Positions 1-9,885 of a DNA stretch of 53,881 nucleotides are shown one piece after another. Source of the DNA: a candidate division WOR-3 bacterium (lineage in GTDB: Bacteria > Hydrothermota > Tepidihabitantia > Tepidihabitantales > Tepidihabitantaceae); NCBI GenBank assembly GCA_039801225.1, contig JBDRUH010000004.1:1-53881 (forward strand). The letters are read 5' to 3'. Made by a program: the position numbers and the translations under genes. The notes below the pieces were generated by a model. It was not told the origin of the DNA, ran no database searches, and saw nothing but the letters and a program-made list of their open reading frames with translations. The stretch's first letter is position 1. Each line of letters starts with the position of its first letter.

Positions 1-909
1 TTCGGCAAAAGATGCGCTGGAAGAAGTATGCATCAGCGAGGCGAGGAGTTTATTGTCTGCATTCTGGGTATAGTCAACCAAAACCACATCTGAGGCGGAC
101 ATCGCAATCAGGTTTCTCGGTCGCCGGGGAAACGGTCGCACCATAAATGTCGCAGCGAACTCCCGCAAACGGGGATAGGTATTTTTCTCGTAATCGGTAG
201 GTCCGGTAAAAACCAAAAGCGAGGGCGCAACCGCCTCTGCCTGATGGTATAACTCTTCGCTCAATGCCCGCACCTCGGCAAGCGGATTTGCTGCCAGCAT
301 CCGCAACATCAACTCTAAAGTTCGGGCGTTAACCGTCATTCCCAACTGGGTTAATGTTGCCAAACTGGTTATATAGCGCGCATCCTCTTTAGCCAGGTTT
401 TCAATCTTCCCAGGTTGTTCCTTCAAATCAGGACGGGTGGCAGCGAAATGCTCTTTCAACTTTTCAAAAATGCGATGATAGGCTTCATTCTGGAGCCGGA
501 TAATATTTAAATAATCGGCCAAATAATCTGAATTCTGAATTTCGGGCGGAACGATAAAATTATCGCTCAGTCGGACATAGCGCTGTGAGCGTTCGGTATA
601 AGAGGCGAGCCGGTGATGCTCAATCGCCTCCACCGCCAGCCGGGATATGTCTGTGATATCAAAATTAAACACCGCATGCTCAGCGATGGAGTGATGCCCC
701 ATTTCAAACACAATCGTCCTATTGGACTCCCGCGCCTTTTTCAACTCCCGGCGTGCCTCGGTGCGTAACTCTTCAATCGTCTTGCTACTCCGGCTGATTC
801 GGGCATAAGCAGCAGCAATCGTCTCTGGTGTCGGAGTAACCCGGCGATTCTTGACGAATTTGGCGAGCAAATCCCACTCAATATTGCAGCCAGCCAGTTT
901 GACATTCAT
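1..909 (-). CDS. thyX: FAD-dependent thymidylate synthase ThyX (long/tandem-domain type), 3' end runs off the window
   Basis: Not in the ORF track; translated by hand from ATG at 909: MNVKLAGCNIEW...PETIAAAYARISRS...VFEMGHHSIAEHAVFNFDI..ISRLAVEAIEHHRLASYTERSQRYV, which matches ThyX motifs (GHxSxxEH, SQRYV). Confidence 0.9.
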   Translation of the reverse strand, partial: MNVKLAGCNIEWDLLAKFVKNRRVTPTPETIAAAYARISRSSKTIEELRTEARRELKKARESNRTIVFEMGHHSIAEHAVFNFDITDISRLAVEAIEHHRLASYTERSQRYVRLSDNFIVPPEIQNSDYLADYLNIIRLQNEAYHRIFEKLKEHFAATRPDLKEQPGKIENLAKEDARYITSLATLTQLGMTVNARTLELMLRMLAANPLAEVRALSEELYHQAEAVAPSLLVFTGPTDYEKNTYPRLREFAATFMVRPFPRRPRNLIAMSASDVVLVDYTQNADNKLLASLMHTSSSASFAE

Positions 910-918
910 ACTTAGGAG

Positions 919-947
919 AGGATATTTAAAACCCTTTCAAAAGTCAA
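919..947 (-). promoter_or_regulatory. sigma70-type promoter of thyX (TTGACT-N17-TATCCT, 9 nt before ATG)
   Basis: Motif read on the minus strand; no Shine-Dalgarno between the -10 box and the ATG. Confidence 0.55.
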
Positions 948-1000
948 ATCGCTCCCTGAAGAAGGAAGGCAGACGGGGTTTTAGTTGACAAAATTTCTTA

Positions 1001-2398
1001 ATGAGTAAAATGTTTAAAATGGTTGAGCGTTTTTATCTGCAAGTCTACGGCTGTCAGATGAACCAATACGACGCCGGAGTAGTCCGCAATATTCTGACAA
1101 ACGTCGGGTATGAGGAGACAAAGAAGGAAGAAGAAGCCGACCTTATTTTTTTAATTACCTGCGCGGTACGCGAGCATGCGGAAAGACGCGCCTTGGGTCG
1201 GCTTCAAGGGCTTTGTGCCTTAAAAAAGAAAAACTCTCATAAGTTAATCGGGGTTTTGGGATGTATGGCGCAAAGAATGAAAGAGTCGCTCATCAATGAT
1301 TACCGGGTTGACCTGGTAATAGGACCCGATGAATACCGCCGACTTCCCGAGTTGATCCGCCAAAGTAGAATGGAAAAAGCACCCAAGATGGCAACCAATA
1401 TTGGACAGGAGTGCTATTCCGACCTTCAACCTCTACCGGAAAGCCAAGTTTCCGCCTTTGTCACAATAATGCGGGGTTGCAGTAATTTTTGCTCCTATTG
1501 TATTGTCCCCTATATCAGGGGACCGGAACGTTCCCGACCGGTGGAAAGTATCATAACTGAAGTAAAACAGTTAGCCAAAAGCGGGGTTAAAGAGGTGACT
1601 CTTTTAGGCCAGAATGTATTGGCATATAAAAGTCTTGATGAAATGGGAATGGCGGTGGATTTTGCTGACCTCCTAACCCGAGTGGCGGAAATGCCCGAAA
1701 TAGAACGGGTCCGGTTTCTCACCTCCCATCCCCGCGATTTGAACGAAAGAGTCGTTGAAAGTATAAAGGATTTGCCCAAAGTATGTCACGAGTTTCATCT
1801 ACCCCTCCAGTCTGGCTCAAACCGAATACTTCAGTTGATGAATCGCGGCTACACCCAGGAGGAGTACCTAAAAAAAGTGGCGATGGTGAGGGAAAAGATT
1901 CCCGACGCCTGTTTGACCACCGACATTATCGTAGGTTTTCCCACCGAAACCAAGGAGGATTTTGCTGAGACACTAAGGATAGTCAAGTCGGTTCGGTTTG
2001 ATTTTGCCTATATGTATCGGTTTTCCCTTCGTCTTGGCACAAAAGCAACCGCACTAAAACCTCAGGTGCCCGCCGAGGAGGCGAAGGAACGGCTTGAGAG
2101 GTTGATTGAGGTGCAAAATCAAATTACAAAGGAGGAGAATGAGAAGATGGTCGGGAGGGTTTACGAGGTGATGGTTGAGAAAGAAAAACCCTGCTTAGGT
2201 CGAACCCGGCAAGGTAAAATGGTGGTGGTGGAGGAAAGTTTGCCTCTCGGCAGCATTGTCCCGGTGAGAATAATCAGTATCAGAGGCTGGACACCGATTG
2301 GCAAAGTATCGCCCGAATCTGGCGAATACCGTCCGTCGGCCGTCAGCCGATTGAAGGAGGGGGAAAAAGAAAGGAGGTTAATCTATGGTAACTTTTAG
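1001..2398 (+). CDS. miaB: tRNA-2-methylthio-N6-dimethylallyladenosine synthase MiaB (start possibly 1019)
   Basis: GCQMN N-terminal motif, radical SAM CxxxCxxC (GCSNFCSYC), HLPLQSGS, TDIIVGFP, C-terminal TRAM-like region. Confidence 0.93.
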   Translation: MSKMFKMVERFYLQVYGCQMNQYDAGVVRNILTNVGYEETKKEEEADLIFLITCAVREHAERRALGRLQGLCALKKKNSHKLIGVLGCMAQRMKESLINDYRVDLVIGPDEYRRLPELIRQSRMEKAPKMATNIGQECYSDLQPLPESQVSAFVTIMRGCSNFCSYCIVPYIRGPERSRPVESIITEVKQLAKSGVKEVTLLGQNVLAYKSLDEMGMAVDFADLLTRVAEMPEIERVRFLTSHPRDLNERVVESIKDLPKVCHEFHLPLQSGSNRILQLMNRGYTQEEYLKKVAMVREKIPDACLTTDIIVGFPTETKEDFAETLRIVKSVRFDFAYMYRFSLRLGTKATALKPQVPAEEAKERLERLIEVQNQITKEENEKMVGRVYEVMVEKEKPCLGRTRQGKMVVVEESLPLGSIVPVRIISIRGWTPIGKVSPESGEYRPSAVSRLKEGEKERRLIYGNF

Positions 2399-2708
2399 AA
2401 TAATTCTCATACTAATTGCGTTCGTAATTCTTTTCATCCTGGGATGGCAAAATCAGACGACCACCACAGTTAATGTGTTCTTTCGGACATTTTATGATGT
2501 GCCCATCGCTTTTGTAATGCTTTATTCATTCGCCTTTGGCGCTTTATGCGTAGGAATTTTTACAATCATTTCTGAAATCCGGTTAAGAAGCCGCCTCCGA
2601 ACCCAACGCAAGGAAATTGAGGCGCTGACCGAAGAGTTACGTGCTTTACGCAATCTTCCCTTAGAGGTGATTCCCACCGAACCGAAACAAGAAAAAGGAA
2701 AAGAATGA
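2385..2708 (+). CDS. lapA: LapA family lipopolysaccharide assembly membrane protein
   Basis: Two TM segments with a QN motif and a C-terminal coiled coil; directly upstream of a LapB-like gene. Confidence 0.75.
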   Translation: MVTFRIILILIAFVILFILGWQNQTTTTVNVFFRTFYDVPIAFVMLYSFAFGALCVGIFTIISEIRLRSRLRTQRKEIEALTEELRALRNLPLEVIPTEPKQEKGKE

Positions 2709-2742
2709 TTCCATTGACTTTTACTATCTTTGGGAGGCAAGT

Positions 2743-3846
2743 ATGTATCCTTTAATTTTTGTAATAATCGCCCTCTTGGTGGTGGCGCTTTATCCAATCG
2801 TCCGAGATTTCATTCGTCAACGCCGGACAACAACACCTGTCTATGTTGAAGGGTTGCAGTTGCTTCTTGATGGTAAACTGAAGGAGGCAGCGGTAAAACT
2901 CAAGAGAGCGGTGGAGGATGAAACTGGGAATGTTGATGCCTATATTCGGCTGGGTAATATTTTCTTTGCCGAAGGAGATGTTGAACGAGCATTACGGATT
3001 CATGAAAGCCTTGCCCTTCGGCGGAACTTGAAACCTGATGAAGAACGAAGAGTCTATCAGGCTCTGGTGCAAGATTATCTCAAAACTAACCGCCCAGTTA
3101 AAGCGATTCCCCTTCTCGAGGAGTTGATTCGTCTTGACAGAAATGACATTCAGAGTCAGGAGACACTTTTGGATTTATTAATAGAAAATGGCTCCTGGGA
3201 TAAAGGGGAAGAACTTTTAAAGGAAATGGGACACAAGCCTCCTGACCGGATAAGCCGGCTGTATGCCAGTTTCGGCTATGCTTATGGAAAAATAAATCCC
3301 CAAAAAGGTATCCGCTGGCTGGAGGAGGCGTTGCGATTAAAACCGGAATCACCTGTTGCCCTCCTCCTCTTAGGTGACCTTTTTTTATCACAAGGAGAAG
3401 GGGAGAACGCAATAAAAATGTGGCACCGCCTCTTAGAAACTCAACCGGAAAAGAACTACCTAATCCGGGAACGACTGGAACGGGCTTATTACGAATTGGG
3501 ACGATATGAGGAGGTAATACCGATTTATCGCCGAGTGCTTCAGAAAGTCCCTCAAGATAGTGGACTTGCCATAGCCTTAGCGAAAATATACGCCAAAAAG
3601 GAAGACTGGGAGGAGGCGATTGGTCTTTTGACATCTTTTGCCAAAGGAGGTGAACCTCTCGTCTTGCTGACTCTTGCCAGTTTTCTTTTAAAGAAAGGAG
3701 AAACCGCTCAGGTCCAGATGCTCCTTGACAAGGTAATTGCGAAATTGGTTGAGAAATCCCGCACCTGTCCCAAGTGTGGAAAGCCTCTTCCCGAAACAGA
3801 AATCCGGTGTTCTGAATGTCGTGCCTGGGTGGAGGATGTTAAATAA
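2743..3846 (+). CDS. lapB: LapB-like TPR protein with C-terminal rubredoxin-like CxxC...CxxC
   Basis: N-terminal TM, LGNIFFAEGDVERALRIHESL, TPR repeats, CPKC...CSEC..W at the C-terminus. Confidence 0.8.
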   Translation: MYPLIFVIIALLVVALYPIVRDFIRQRRTTTPVYVEGLQLLLDGKLKEAAVKLKRAVEDETGNVDAYIRLGNIFFAEGDVERALRIHESLALRRNLKPDEERRVYQALVQDYLKTNRPVKAIPLLEELIRLDRNDIQSQETLLDLLIENGSWDKGEELLKEMGHKPPDRISRLYASFGYAYGKINPQKGIRWLEEALRLKPESPVALLLLGDLFLSQGEGENAIKMWHRLLETQPEKNYLIRERLERAYYELGRYEEVIPIYRRVLQKVPQDSGLAIALAKIYAKKEDWEEAIGLLTSFAKGGEPLVLLTLASFLLKKGETAQVQMLLDKVIAKLVEKSRTCPKCGKPLPETEIRCSECRAWVEDVK

Positions 3847-3867
3847 ATAGCCATTTCCCGACAAGAG

Positions 3868-6492
3868 ATGGAGAGGCTCACCCCGCTCCTCGCCCAGTAT
3901 CACCGAATTAAGGAACGTTACCCGGGAACCCTTTTACTCTTTCGGGTGGGCGATTTTTACGAGATGTTTTATGAGGATGCCGAGATTGGTGCCCGGGCAC
4001 TTAACCTCACTTTAACCTCAAGACCACATGGACCAAACCACCGTGTCCCGCTGGCAGGAGTTCCGGCAAAGTCTCTTGAGGCATATGTTGCCCGGCTGGT
4101 CGCCCAAGGTTTAAAAGTAGCGGTGTGCGAACAGTTAGAAGCGCCAAGTAGAAATAAACCGGTAGTAGCCCGGGATGTAATTGAAGTGATAACACCAGGG
4201 ACAGTTACCCGTAGTGGACTTTTGGATGAGCGGCGCAATAACTATATTATGGCGCTTTCACCGGCTGGTGAAAACTGGGGTATGGCCTTCGCTGACCTTT
4301 CTACCGGAGAGTTTACGGTAACGGAGATTGATTTTAAAAACCTTACTGAGGAGATAGTAAGAGTCTCGCCGGCAGAAATACTTCTGCCAGAAAACTGGCC
4401 GGGCGAACCGCCCAACCGAAAATTGGGAATTGAGTTAGCGCTCACCCGGCTGGACGACTATTATTTCACTCCGGAGTTTGCCTTTGAAAAACTCACCAGC
4501 CATTTCGGCGTAGTTAGTCTTGCTGGATTTGGAATAGAGCATTTAAATGAAGGGATATGTGCGGCTGGCGCCCTCTTAGAGTATTTAGAACAGACCCAGT
4601 GTAGTGCCCTTCCCCACATCCTAAGGTTGACCCCCTATTGTCCGACTGAATACCTACTGATTGACCGGGTCTCCCGCCGAAACTTAGAGTTGATTGAAAA
4701 CCTTCACCCTCCGGATAACCGGTCAAAGGAAATCGGCACCCTCTTCTGGGTTTTGAATCGCACCCAAACACCTCAAGGAACCAGACTCCTCCGGCGCTGG
4801 CTTTTAAACCCTTTGCTCTCGGTAGAGGAGATCAACCGGCGCCAGGAGGCGATAGCCGAATTAACCAACCAGGGTTCACCTCTCAAGGAAATTGCCGAGT
4901 GCCTCCGGGAAATTGGTGATATAGAAAGAATAACTGCTAAGGTCGCCTTAGGTAGGGCTAACCCCCGAGAGGTAATCGCCCTTAGGAACTGGCTGAGCGG
5001 AGCACCAAAATTAAAGAATTTGACCAACCAGTTCTCCGCTGACTATTTTTGCCAGATAAGAGAAAAACTCTTTGATTTTACACCCCTTGTGGAAGAAATC
5101 TCTCAGGTGTTGGTTGATGACCCTCCGATAACGATTACTGAAGGCGGGTTGATTCGCTCCGGCTACAATAAAGAACTGGACGAACTCCGGCAGATTGCCG
5201 CTAATGCCAAGGAGTTTATCGCCCGACTCCAGGAAGAGGAGAGACGGCGAACCGGGATTCCCAACTTGCGGATTGGTTACAACTCGGTATTTGGCTATTA
5301 TATTGAAATCACCAAATCCTATCTCGGAGTTGTGCCGCGCCATTATATTCGCAAACAAACAGTAGCCCAGGGAGAACGGTTTATTACCCCGGAATTAAAG
5401 GAGTATGAAGCAAAGATTTTAAACGCCGAAGAGCGAATCAAGTCGTTGGAATATGACCTCTTCCTCCAGTTGCGGAGTAAAATTGCCAGTTACACCACCC
5501 AAATCCTTGACTTTGGTCAAGCGGTGGCTCAACTGGATGTGCTTGCCAGTCTCGCTGAGGTGGCACGGGACAAAAATTATACTCGCCCGATAGTAGACAA
5601 TTCCTATATCATTGAAATCAAAAAAGGAAAACACCCGGTAGTTGAGGCGATGGTTGAAGAACCTTTTATTCCTAACGACACATTAATTCTCCCGGACAAA
5701 GAACAAATCCTTATCGTCACCGGACCAAATATGGCGGGAAAGTCCACCTATCTCCGCCAGGTTGCCTTGATTGTCATTATGGCCCAGATGGGCTCTTTCG
5801 TTCCTGCTGAGCACGCCCGGATTGGTATCGTTGACAAAATCTTCACTCGGATTGGCGCCTCAGACGATGTTGCTCGGGGCGTTTCCACCTTCCTTGCCGA
5901 GATGATTGAGACGGCAAATATTTTAAACAACGCCACCTCCCGCAGTCTGGTGATTCTGGATGAGGTCGGCAGAGGGACATCAACTAATGACGGTCTGGCA
6001 ATCGCCTGGGCAACAGTTGAGTATCTCCACGGCGAGGAGGAGTTCCGTCCGAGGACACTATTTGCCACCCATTATCATGAACTTGCCGACATCGCCACCT
6101 ATCTCACCCGGGTAAAAAACTACTCTTTTGTCGTCCGGGAGAGTGGCGACCAGGTCCTTTTTCTCAGGAAACTCCGCCCCGGACCGGCGGATAAAAGTTA
6201 TGGTATCGCGGTGGCAAAACTTGCCGGATTGCCACCGGTAGTAATCAACCGGGCAAAAGAACTGCTCAAGCGTTTTACAAAAGGTGAGGAAATAAACCTC
6301 ACCCAATTGATAACGGAAATTGATCTGCCGATAGCTTCAGACCGAATCGCTCAACCCGACCGCAAGGAAAAAAGCGCCCCTCATCCGGTGCTTCTCCGTC
6401 TCCAAAACTTAAATATCAACGAACTTTCTCCATTAGAAGCACTCAATCTCCTTGCCGAACTGCAGAAACTTGCTAGTGAACCAGATGGATAA
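3868..6492 (+). CDS. mutS: DNA mismatch repair protein MutS
   Basis: FRVGDFYEMF, TGPNMAGKSTYLRQ, STFLAEM, DEVGRGTST, FATHYHEL, SYGIAVAKLAGLP. Confidence 0.97.
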   Translation: MERLTPLLAQYHRIKERYPGTLLLFRVGDFYEMFYEDAEIGARALNLTLTSRPHGPNHRVPLAGVPAKSLEAYVARLVAQGLKVAVCEQLEAPSRNKPVVARDVIEVITPGTVTRSGLLDERRNNYIMALSPAGENWGMAFADLSTGEFTVTEIDFKNLTEEIVRVSPAEILLPENWPGEPPNRKLGIELALTRLDDYYFTPEFAFEKLTSHFGVVSLAGFGIEHLNEGICAAGALLEYLEQTQCSALPHILRLTPYCPTEYLLIDRVSRRNLELIENLHPPDNRSKEIGTLFWVLNRTQTPQGTRLLRRWLLNPLLSVEEINRRQEAIAELTNQGSPLKEIAECLREIGDIERITAKVALGRANPREVIALRNWLSGAPKLKNLTNQFSADYFCQIREKLFDFTPLVEEISQVLVDDPPITITEGGLIRSGYNKELDELRQIAANAKEFIARLQEEERRRTGIPNLRIGYNSVFGYYIEITKSYLGVVPRHYIRKQTVAQGERFITPELKEYEAKILNAEERIKSLEYDLFLQLRSKIASYTTQILDFGQAVAQLDVLASLAEVARDKNYTRPIVDNSYIIEIKKGKHPVVEAMVEEPFIPNDTLILPDKEQILIVTGPNMAGKSTYLRQVALIVIMAQMGSFVPAEHARIGIVDKIFTRIGASDDVARGVSTFLAEMIETANILNNATSRSLVILDEVGRGTSTNDGLAIAWATVEYLHGEEEFRPRTLFATHYHELADIATYLTRVKNYSFVVRESGDQVLFLRKLRPGPADKSYGIAVAKLAGLPPVVINRAKELLKRFTKGEEINLTQLITEIDLPIASDRIAQPDRKEKSAPHPVLLRLQNLNINELSPLEALNLLAELQKLASEPDG

Positions 6493-6538
6493 CCTACCAC
6501 TTTTTTATTCAGAGCCGGGTAAATAAAGGGGAAAACTG

Positions 6539-7912
6539 TTACTTTGTAATTACAACCTTTCGGCTTCGCTCCCCGAATCGGGTCTTTTCTATTCCTGAAC
6601 CACCCCTTATGAAATAGACACCAGGGGAAAGATGGCGAATGTCATTAGCACCGGGCTTAAGGTCAAGCACCTTCTTACCAGTAATGTCAAGGAGCAGGCT
6701 TGATGCTGGATGCTCTCCACCTGACGCTGGAAGGAATAGAATCCCGCGCACAACTGTTGCGATTGGTGTTAAGTGGAAAGTGGGAAGTGCCTCGCGTTCC
6801 TCCACACCTGGTATAACCTCCCTTAGGACATATAAAGTGCTATCTCTACCAATAGCAAAGACGCGGTGGTGAATCGGGTCAAGTTGAAGGTCAGGTGGAC
6901 CATATATACCATATTCTTCCAGTCGCACCCGGGCGATGACCGAATCGGTCCGGCAGTCCAGAACCTTCAGTGTTTCTCCTTTAGGTCCGCCAGTAAAATA
7001 TACCCGGTTGCTCCAAGGCGCCCAGCGCACCGCTAAAGGTCCCCAACCACCCTCAACCAACCTCTTGATGATAGAGTCGGTTAAACAGTCAATTACATAA
7101 ATTGTGTCTGGATATATGGGGCGCGCCATCCCGCAGTAGACTTTGTTATCTATTGTATCAAGGGCAAGCGGGTTTAAACCGCCATACTCAACCCCAAAGG
7201 GAAAAACCTTCAGAAAGCAATCATTTTTGATGTCAATTACACCGGGATAATCAAAAAGATAATTAACATAGTAGCCTTTGCCTAAGTCGTAGTGAAACTG
7301 CATCCAGACTGGATTACGACTTGGAATCATAAAGCACGCCAATAGTGAATCGTCGGAACAATCATATACCGCCATCCAGAATGGTGGATTAAACCTCTCC
7401 ATTCCCACATATAACTTATTGTGAACCGAATCCCAGAAAGGGTGGCAAAAGGTGTAGCCTGCTATCGGCGGTTCCTTTTCTCCTATTATCGTATCGGCAG
7501 CACAATCCAATATTTTTAAAGTTTCTGCCCCAATATACAAACGGTCATTCGCCGATACATAGCAATGGCCCCGAATACCCCTCTCAGGAATCCAACGGAG
7601 GATTGTATCCACATCAACATCAATAACAACCACACCATTCATATACGACTCATTAGAGATATAAAGTTTCCTTTGGCGCCAGTTGTAGGAACTAAAAAAC
7701 CCTCCCCCGGACCAGCCAAACGGGATTGTTTCTACCTGATAAAGGGAGCAGTCAACAACAAAGATTCTATACTCCGCTGAAATGTAAAGTTTATTAAGTT
7801 CCGGGATGAAGAAACCGTTATACAATCTTGACAATAGAGGAATTACGGTATCAATCTCAACCCCCTGGGCAAAAAGCGCCATTGGGACAAGTAAAAACAT
7901 TAACTTTCGCAT
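6539..7912 (-). CDS. Secreted YncE/YVTN-like beta-propeller protein with T9SS-like C-terminal sorting domain
   Basis: Signal peptide; repeated (N)KLY...V.DC..DSII blades; CTD ending LLDITGKKVLDLKPGANDIRHLSPGVYFI...RKVVITK. Confidence 0.75.
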   Translation of the reverse strand: MRKLMFLLVPMALFAQGVEIDTVIPLLSRLYNGFFIPELNKLYISAEYRIFVVDCSLYQVETIPFGWSGGGFFSSYNWRQRKLYISNESYMNGVVVIDVDVDTILRWIPERGIRGHCYVSANDRLYIGAETLKILDCAADTIIGEKEPPIAGYTFCHPFWDSVHNKLYVGMERFNPPFWMAVYDCSDDSLLACFMIPSRNPVWMQFHYDLGKGYYVNYLFDYPGVIDIKNDCFLKVFPFGVEYGGLNPLALDTIDNKVYCGMARPIYPDTIYVIDCLTDSIIKRLVEGGWGPLAVRWAPWSNRVYFTGGPKGETLKVLDCRTDSVIARVRLEEYGIYGPPDLQLDPIHHRVFAIGRDSTLYVLREVIPGVEEREALPTFHLTPIATVVRGILFLPASGGEHPASSLLLDITGKKVLDLKPGANDIRHLSPGVYFIRGGSGIEKTRFGERSRKVVITK

Positions 7913-7924
7913 AATCGCTCCTTT

Positions 7925-7953
7925 TGCGGAGGGGGCGATTTACCCCCTCCGCA
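7925..7953. terminator. Strong intergenic hairpin (11-bp stem TGCGGAGGGGG/CCCCCTCCGCA)
   Basis: Perfect inverted repeat between two co-oriented minus-strand genes. The U-rich tract follows on the + strand; on the - strand the hairpin abuts the RBS (AAAGGAG) of the downstream gene. Confidence 0.6.
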
Positions 7954-7959
7954 TTGTTT

Positions 7960-9555
7960 TTATCTTACAACCACCTTGAGTTTAGCCTGTTCCTTGCCCG
8001 TGTCAAACAGAATGAAATAGGCACCAGATGTTTGGGGAGTCCATTTCAGCCTATGGACACCAGCGGTTTGATTACCTGAGTAAAGTATTGCAACCTGCCT
8101 GCCAAGCGCATCGTAAACCGCCACCTTCACATTTGCCGGGACTTCAAGTAAATACTCAACCACACCATCAGCACCAAAGCGAAGATGAGTTCGGGCTGAA
8201 CTACTGCCTTTGGCCTGGGAACCAGATACTTGATTGTGCTCCTGTTTTTCATCTATTGCGGACACTGCTAGCCTCCAGAAGTGATTTCTTGGTGTTCCAT
8301 TTTGCGGTTCCTCACCCACAATTAAATAGATATAGTGGTAGAAAGGCTTGGAGAAATATTTTCCCGATGCGATTGAAGCACCTGGACCTAATGGTTCAGG
8401 AGGGTCGTCACCCCATGGTAGCCAGGAGCCCCACTCGTAACAGGAGACAACGTTTGAATTCTCGCCAAAGATTGCCCAAGGCGTTCCATGGTCAAAGGCA
8501 AAGAACCTATGGGCTGCAAGTCCGCTCCCGATATTCTGGGGGTTAGGTGTGGCTGGGCCAAAACGATCCAGCCACCTATCTTCTTGGATAGAATAGACAT
8601 ACCAGTCGGTATCTCCGCCACCAACAAAGGCAATAAGACAGTCCCCAATGCCGAAGGAGTTTCCCGGATACGCCAGTGCTGCGCCTTCACCAACAGCCTC
8701 AGGGATATCCTCCAATTTCTCCCAGCTGCCCTGAAGGGTGAAACTGTGAACTGGGCTCCAGGTCCAGTCGCCATGGGATGGCCGATAAGCGGTTTTCCAG
8801 TAGTACTCCCCGTTTGCCATTTTTGTCTCAACCTGATAGCGTGGAGTTGTGGTGATAACCTCTATAACTATAGTGCCGAAGCCTGAGTCGGTTGCCACAT
8901 TTAGCCGATATTCTGTGGCGTCAGGTTCTTCCTGCCAGATGAAGAGGGGCGTCTGGTCAGCGATAAGCGCACCATTTCCAGGATAAATCCCATCAACCGC
9001 AACCGGCTCTAAGGAAGTTGGAATCCAGTACCGCCAGAACTGTTTGGACCCTCCGGCAAGGCAGTAAAGCCAGCCCGGAATTGGCTGCATCTCTCTGTTG
9101 TAAGTCGGATTTGCCCGAAATGCCAGACCTGGTCTTGGTCCAAGGGAGAAATCGATTATAGGCTCATCATCCCATAATTCCTCTTTCAGGTCATACCAGT
9201 AAAGCATATCCTTGTGCTGACCACAGTCATAGCCAATAACATACAATACTCCACCCTCCATCCACTGGAATGTGATTGCGGTATTCACAAGATAGTTCAC
9301 TGCTGGCTCATTAGGTAAATGCCATGCGCCTTCTACGCAGTCGTAGTAAAGAAAGTAGGTTATCTCCAGTTGGGGATCCGGAAAGATGCCCCAGACCGTG
9401 TCATAGGGTCTCTCTCCCCACTGGTCATAGGAGTAGGTGATGGCAGCTCCGGCACCAACTGGAACTCCATACGGCACGTTTGGCAGTTGCTCCCAATCTG
9501 CATAGGCTGCGACCGCCATAATCGCTGCGCAGATGATGACAGAACGACGCTTCAT
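7960..9555 (-). CDS. Secreted Kelch-like/beta-propeller protein with a fibronectin-like middle domain and T9SS-like CTD
   Basis: True start is probably ATG 9555 (MKRRSVIICAAIMAVAAYA, RBS AAGGAGG), not 9738; repeated W..L...P..VG.GAAL motifs; CTD VYDALGRQVAIL...GAYFI...KLKVVVR. Confidence 0.72.
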   Translation of the reverse strand: MKRRSVIICAAIMAVAAYADWEQLPNVPYGVPVGAGAAITYSYDQWGERPYDTVWGIFPDPQLEITYFLYYDCVEGAWHLPNEPAVNYLVNTAITFQWMEGGVLYVIGYDCGQHKDMLYWYDLKEELWDDEPIIDFSLGPRPGLAFRANPTYNREMQPIPGWLYCLAGGSKQFWRYWIPTSLEPVAVDGIYPGNGALIADQTPLFIWQEEPDATEYRLNVATDSGFGTIVIEVITTTPRYQVETKMANGEYYWKTAYRPSHGDWTWSPVHSFTLQGSWEKLEDIPEAVGEGAALAYPGNSFGIGDCLIAFVGGGDTDWYVYSIQEDRWLDRFGPATPNPQNIGSGLAAHRFFAFDHGTPWAIFGENSNVVSCYEWGSWLPWGDDPPEPLGPGASIASGKYFSKPFYHYIYLIVGEEPQNGTPRNHFWRLAVSAIDEKQEHNQVSGSQAKGSSSARTHLRFGADGVVEYLLEVPANVKVAVYDALGRQVAILYSGNQTAGVHRLKWTPQTSGAYFILFDTGKEQAKLKVVVR

Positions 9556-9704
9556 AACGCCTCCTTGTTGTTTTTTGCATTTCTGCACCCAAAATGCCGA
9601 TTTCTCGTTTCGGCTCGGTGCCGCCGTTGCAGGGTAAAGTCTTAACTTGGCTTCTTCCGGCACCCTGCTTGCCAGAATAAAGCCTGCCCCGAGCCCACTC
9701 CAAT

Positions 9705-9832
9705 AAATCCTAATTTCAAAGCACCAAATCTTAAACAATTTCTAATACCAAAATCCAAATTACCAAAACATTTTGGATTTAGCATATTGGTGCTTTGAAT
9801 TTGTTTAGAATTTAGGGTTTCGGATTTAGGGG
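9705..9832. repeat. Imperfect inverted element built of degenerate heptamers (AAATCC-type / GGATTT-type)
   Basis: aaatcctaatttcaaagcaccaaatcttaaacaa... pairs imperfectly with ...ttggtgctttgaatttgtttagaatttagggtttcggattt; 7-nt periodicity. Confidence 0.7.
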
Positions 9833-9850
9833 TTCTTATAAGGTGTGGAG

Positions 9851-9878
9851 TTGACTTTGTTATTATTCTCAATATATT
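9851..9878 (+). promoter_or_regulatory. sigma70-type promoter TTGACT-N16-TATATT, 7 nt before the ugd ATG (leaderless)
   Basis: Read directly from the sequence; no SD. Confidence 0.65.
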
Positions 9879-9885
9879 AACCCCT

